Assembly: GCA_040285745.1 (NCBI GenBank)
Contig: JAUFOR010000005.1
Location: 558,001-622,000, forward strand
DNA from: Barthelona sp. PCE
Lineage: Eukaryota
Length of the DNA: 64,000 nucleotides
Direction: 5' to 3'
Part shown: positions 62,776-64,000 of the stretch, one piece after another
Numbering within the stretch: position 1 is the stretch's first letter
How the letters are laid out: each line of letters begins with the position of its first letter
Translations under genes and position numbers: made by a program
Notes under the pieces: model-generated
Told to the model about the DNA's origin: nothing
Seen by the model: only the letters and a program-made list of their open reading frames with translations
The model's database searches: none

Positions 62776-64000
62776 ATGCCTGACGATCCCATTAAGATCT
62801 TTGTTGGAGATATGGAATTACCAAACATGGAGTCTTTTACTGTTGATGATTTTTATGATATGTTTATCAATTCGGCAAATTTGCTCGTTGTTGATGCTCC
62901 CGCAGAGTGTCTTTGGTGCGAATCTAATGCCATTCCAGAGGGCACCGGTTTAGAAGATGAAGATGAGGGCAATCTCGATGATGAAGATGTTATTGAGGTA
63001 GAGTACCGCACGTTGGATATATCCATCAACGGCATTGCAACTCGTCTGAACAAGGTGAGTTCTAACACTAAATTGAATGATCTACGTAAGGCTGTAGCGC
63101 TTAGCCAGCAAACTTTTGAAGATTATGTTGAACTCGAAATCGATGGTACCCTCATCACCGAAGACGATATGGAGACCAGTGTAGATGAGTACCTTGGCCC
63201 AGACTTCGAGAATCATCTTATTGTGTTTCGAACTGTTGATATCTATGACGATGTTGAGGATGAAACACCTGTCGTGTATGGATCTACCATCGATCCTGCT
63301 CTGGTGTTTGGTGAGAACACCACAATCGACGAACCTGAAGATGATGACACCGACCTTGTATCTTATTACCAGAACAATGCTGTGTCATCAAGTGTTACTT
63401 ACGGTACTTCAATGACGAACGCCGGCACGGTGGACGGGTGCGCGACGGGATGCGCAACCAACACGTACAGTAATCTTGGTGGGGCGAGCAAGTGGAAGCG
63501 CCTTGGCGAATCCTACTCGCCTTGGACTACTTCGAAGCGTAACAAGACAGGACTCATTGGTCTTACCAACCAGGGAGCCACATGCTACCTTAACTCTCTC
63601 CTTCAGGCCCTATACATGACACCCGAATTCCGTGAGATGCTTTACATCACCCCCTCCGTCCCCCACGAGTCTGAAGAGGAGGAAGAGGAGCCCGAGAAGC
63701 GCGCCGTCGAAGGCGAAGAGGAAGAGGACAGTGACAGCGACTATAGCGATAGTGAGGTTGAGGACAACACAGATCACTCACAGGACATCATTTATCAGTT
63801 GCAAACCCTATTTGGAGGTCTGCAGTACTGTGATATCCCTGCGCTGGGCACCACTAACCTAACCAAGTCCTTTGGCTGGACCGACGAGGAGAGTTGGGTA
63901 CAGCATGATGTTACTGAGCTCAACCGTGTTCTCTGTGACAATCTTGAAGAGAAGCAGAAGAAGGTGGATGCTGAGGTCAAGATCGGTGATATCTACCGTG
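62776..64000 (+). CDS. Ubiquitin-specific protease (USP7/USP47-like), runs off the window; absent from the ORF track
   Basis: Open frame from ATG 62776; Cys box GLTNQGATCYLNSLLQALYMTPEFR, LTKSFGW, QHDVTELNRVLCD. Confidence 0.92.
   Translation, partial: MPDDPIKIFVGDMELPNMESFTVDDFYDMFINSANLLVVDAPAECLWCESNAIPEGTGLEDEDEGNLDDEDVIEVEYRTLDISINGIATRLNKVSSNTKLNDLRKAVALSQQTFEDYVELEIDGTLITEDDMETSVDEYLGPDFENHLIVFRTVDIYDDVEDETPVVYGSTIDPALVFGENTTIDEPEDDDTDLVSYYQNNAVSSSVTYGTSMTNAGTVDGCATGCATNTYSNLGGASKWKRLGESYSPWTTSKRNKTGLIGLTNQGATCYLNSLLQALYMTPEFREMLYITPSVPHESEEEEEEPEKRAVEGEEEEDSDSDYSDSEVEDNTDHSQDIIYQLQTLFGGLQYCDIPALGTTNLTKSFGWTDEESWVQHDVTELNRVLCDNLEEKQKKVDAEVKIGDIYR

Noticed and set aside
1-64000. CRISPR arrays, prokaryotic operons, tRNA/rRNA genes, alternative genetic code
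   Set aside because: None seen; genes are eukaryotic with spliceosomal introns, and TAA, TAG and TGA all act as stops

Overview
Gene-dense eukaryotic nuclear DNA in the standard genetic code, with about 38 protein-coding genes and very short intergenic spaces. It comes from a flagellated, probably anaerobic protist: it encodes CFAP61, kintoun, RSP3 and an axonemal dynein intermediate chain, plus a squalene-tetrahymanol-type cyclase. I read six spliceosomal introns by eye; five are 40-45 nt and all end in a fixed TAAY-N4-AG. With an AGTAAA/TGTAAA motif at or just after many stop codons, this points by inference to a metamonad related to fornicates. Most genes are housekeeping. The most notable items are: (1) a bacterial-type FIST/NosP sensor fused to a class III nucleotide cyclase that keeps only half of the catalytic residues, head-to-head with a large multi-TM receptor-like gene; (2) the oxygen-independent triterpene cyclase; (3) an AT-rich, divergent topoisomerase IB lacking the camptothecin-contact residues; (4) a 153-nt RPL18 intron that folds back to the normal ~40-nt length; (5) several unannotated structured-RNA candidates (3070-3318, 15750-15887, 23347-23460, 58065-58138). 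All calls come from motif recognition by eye; no searches were run.
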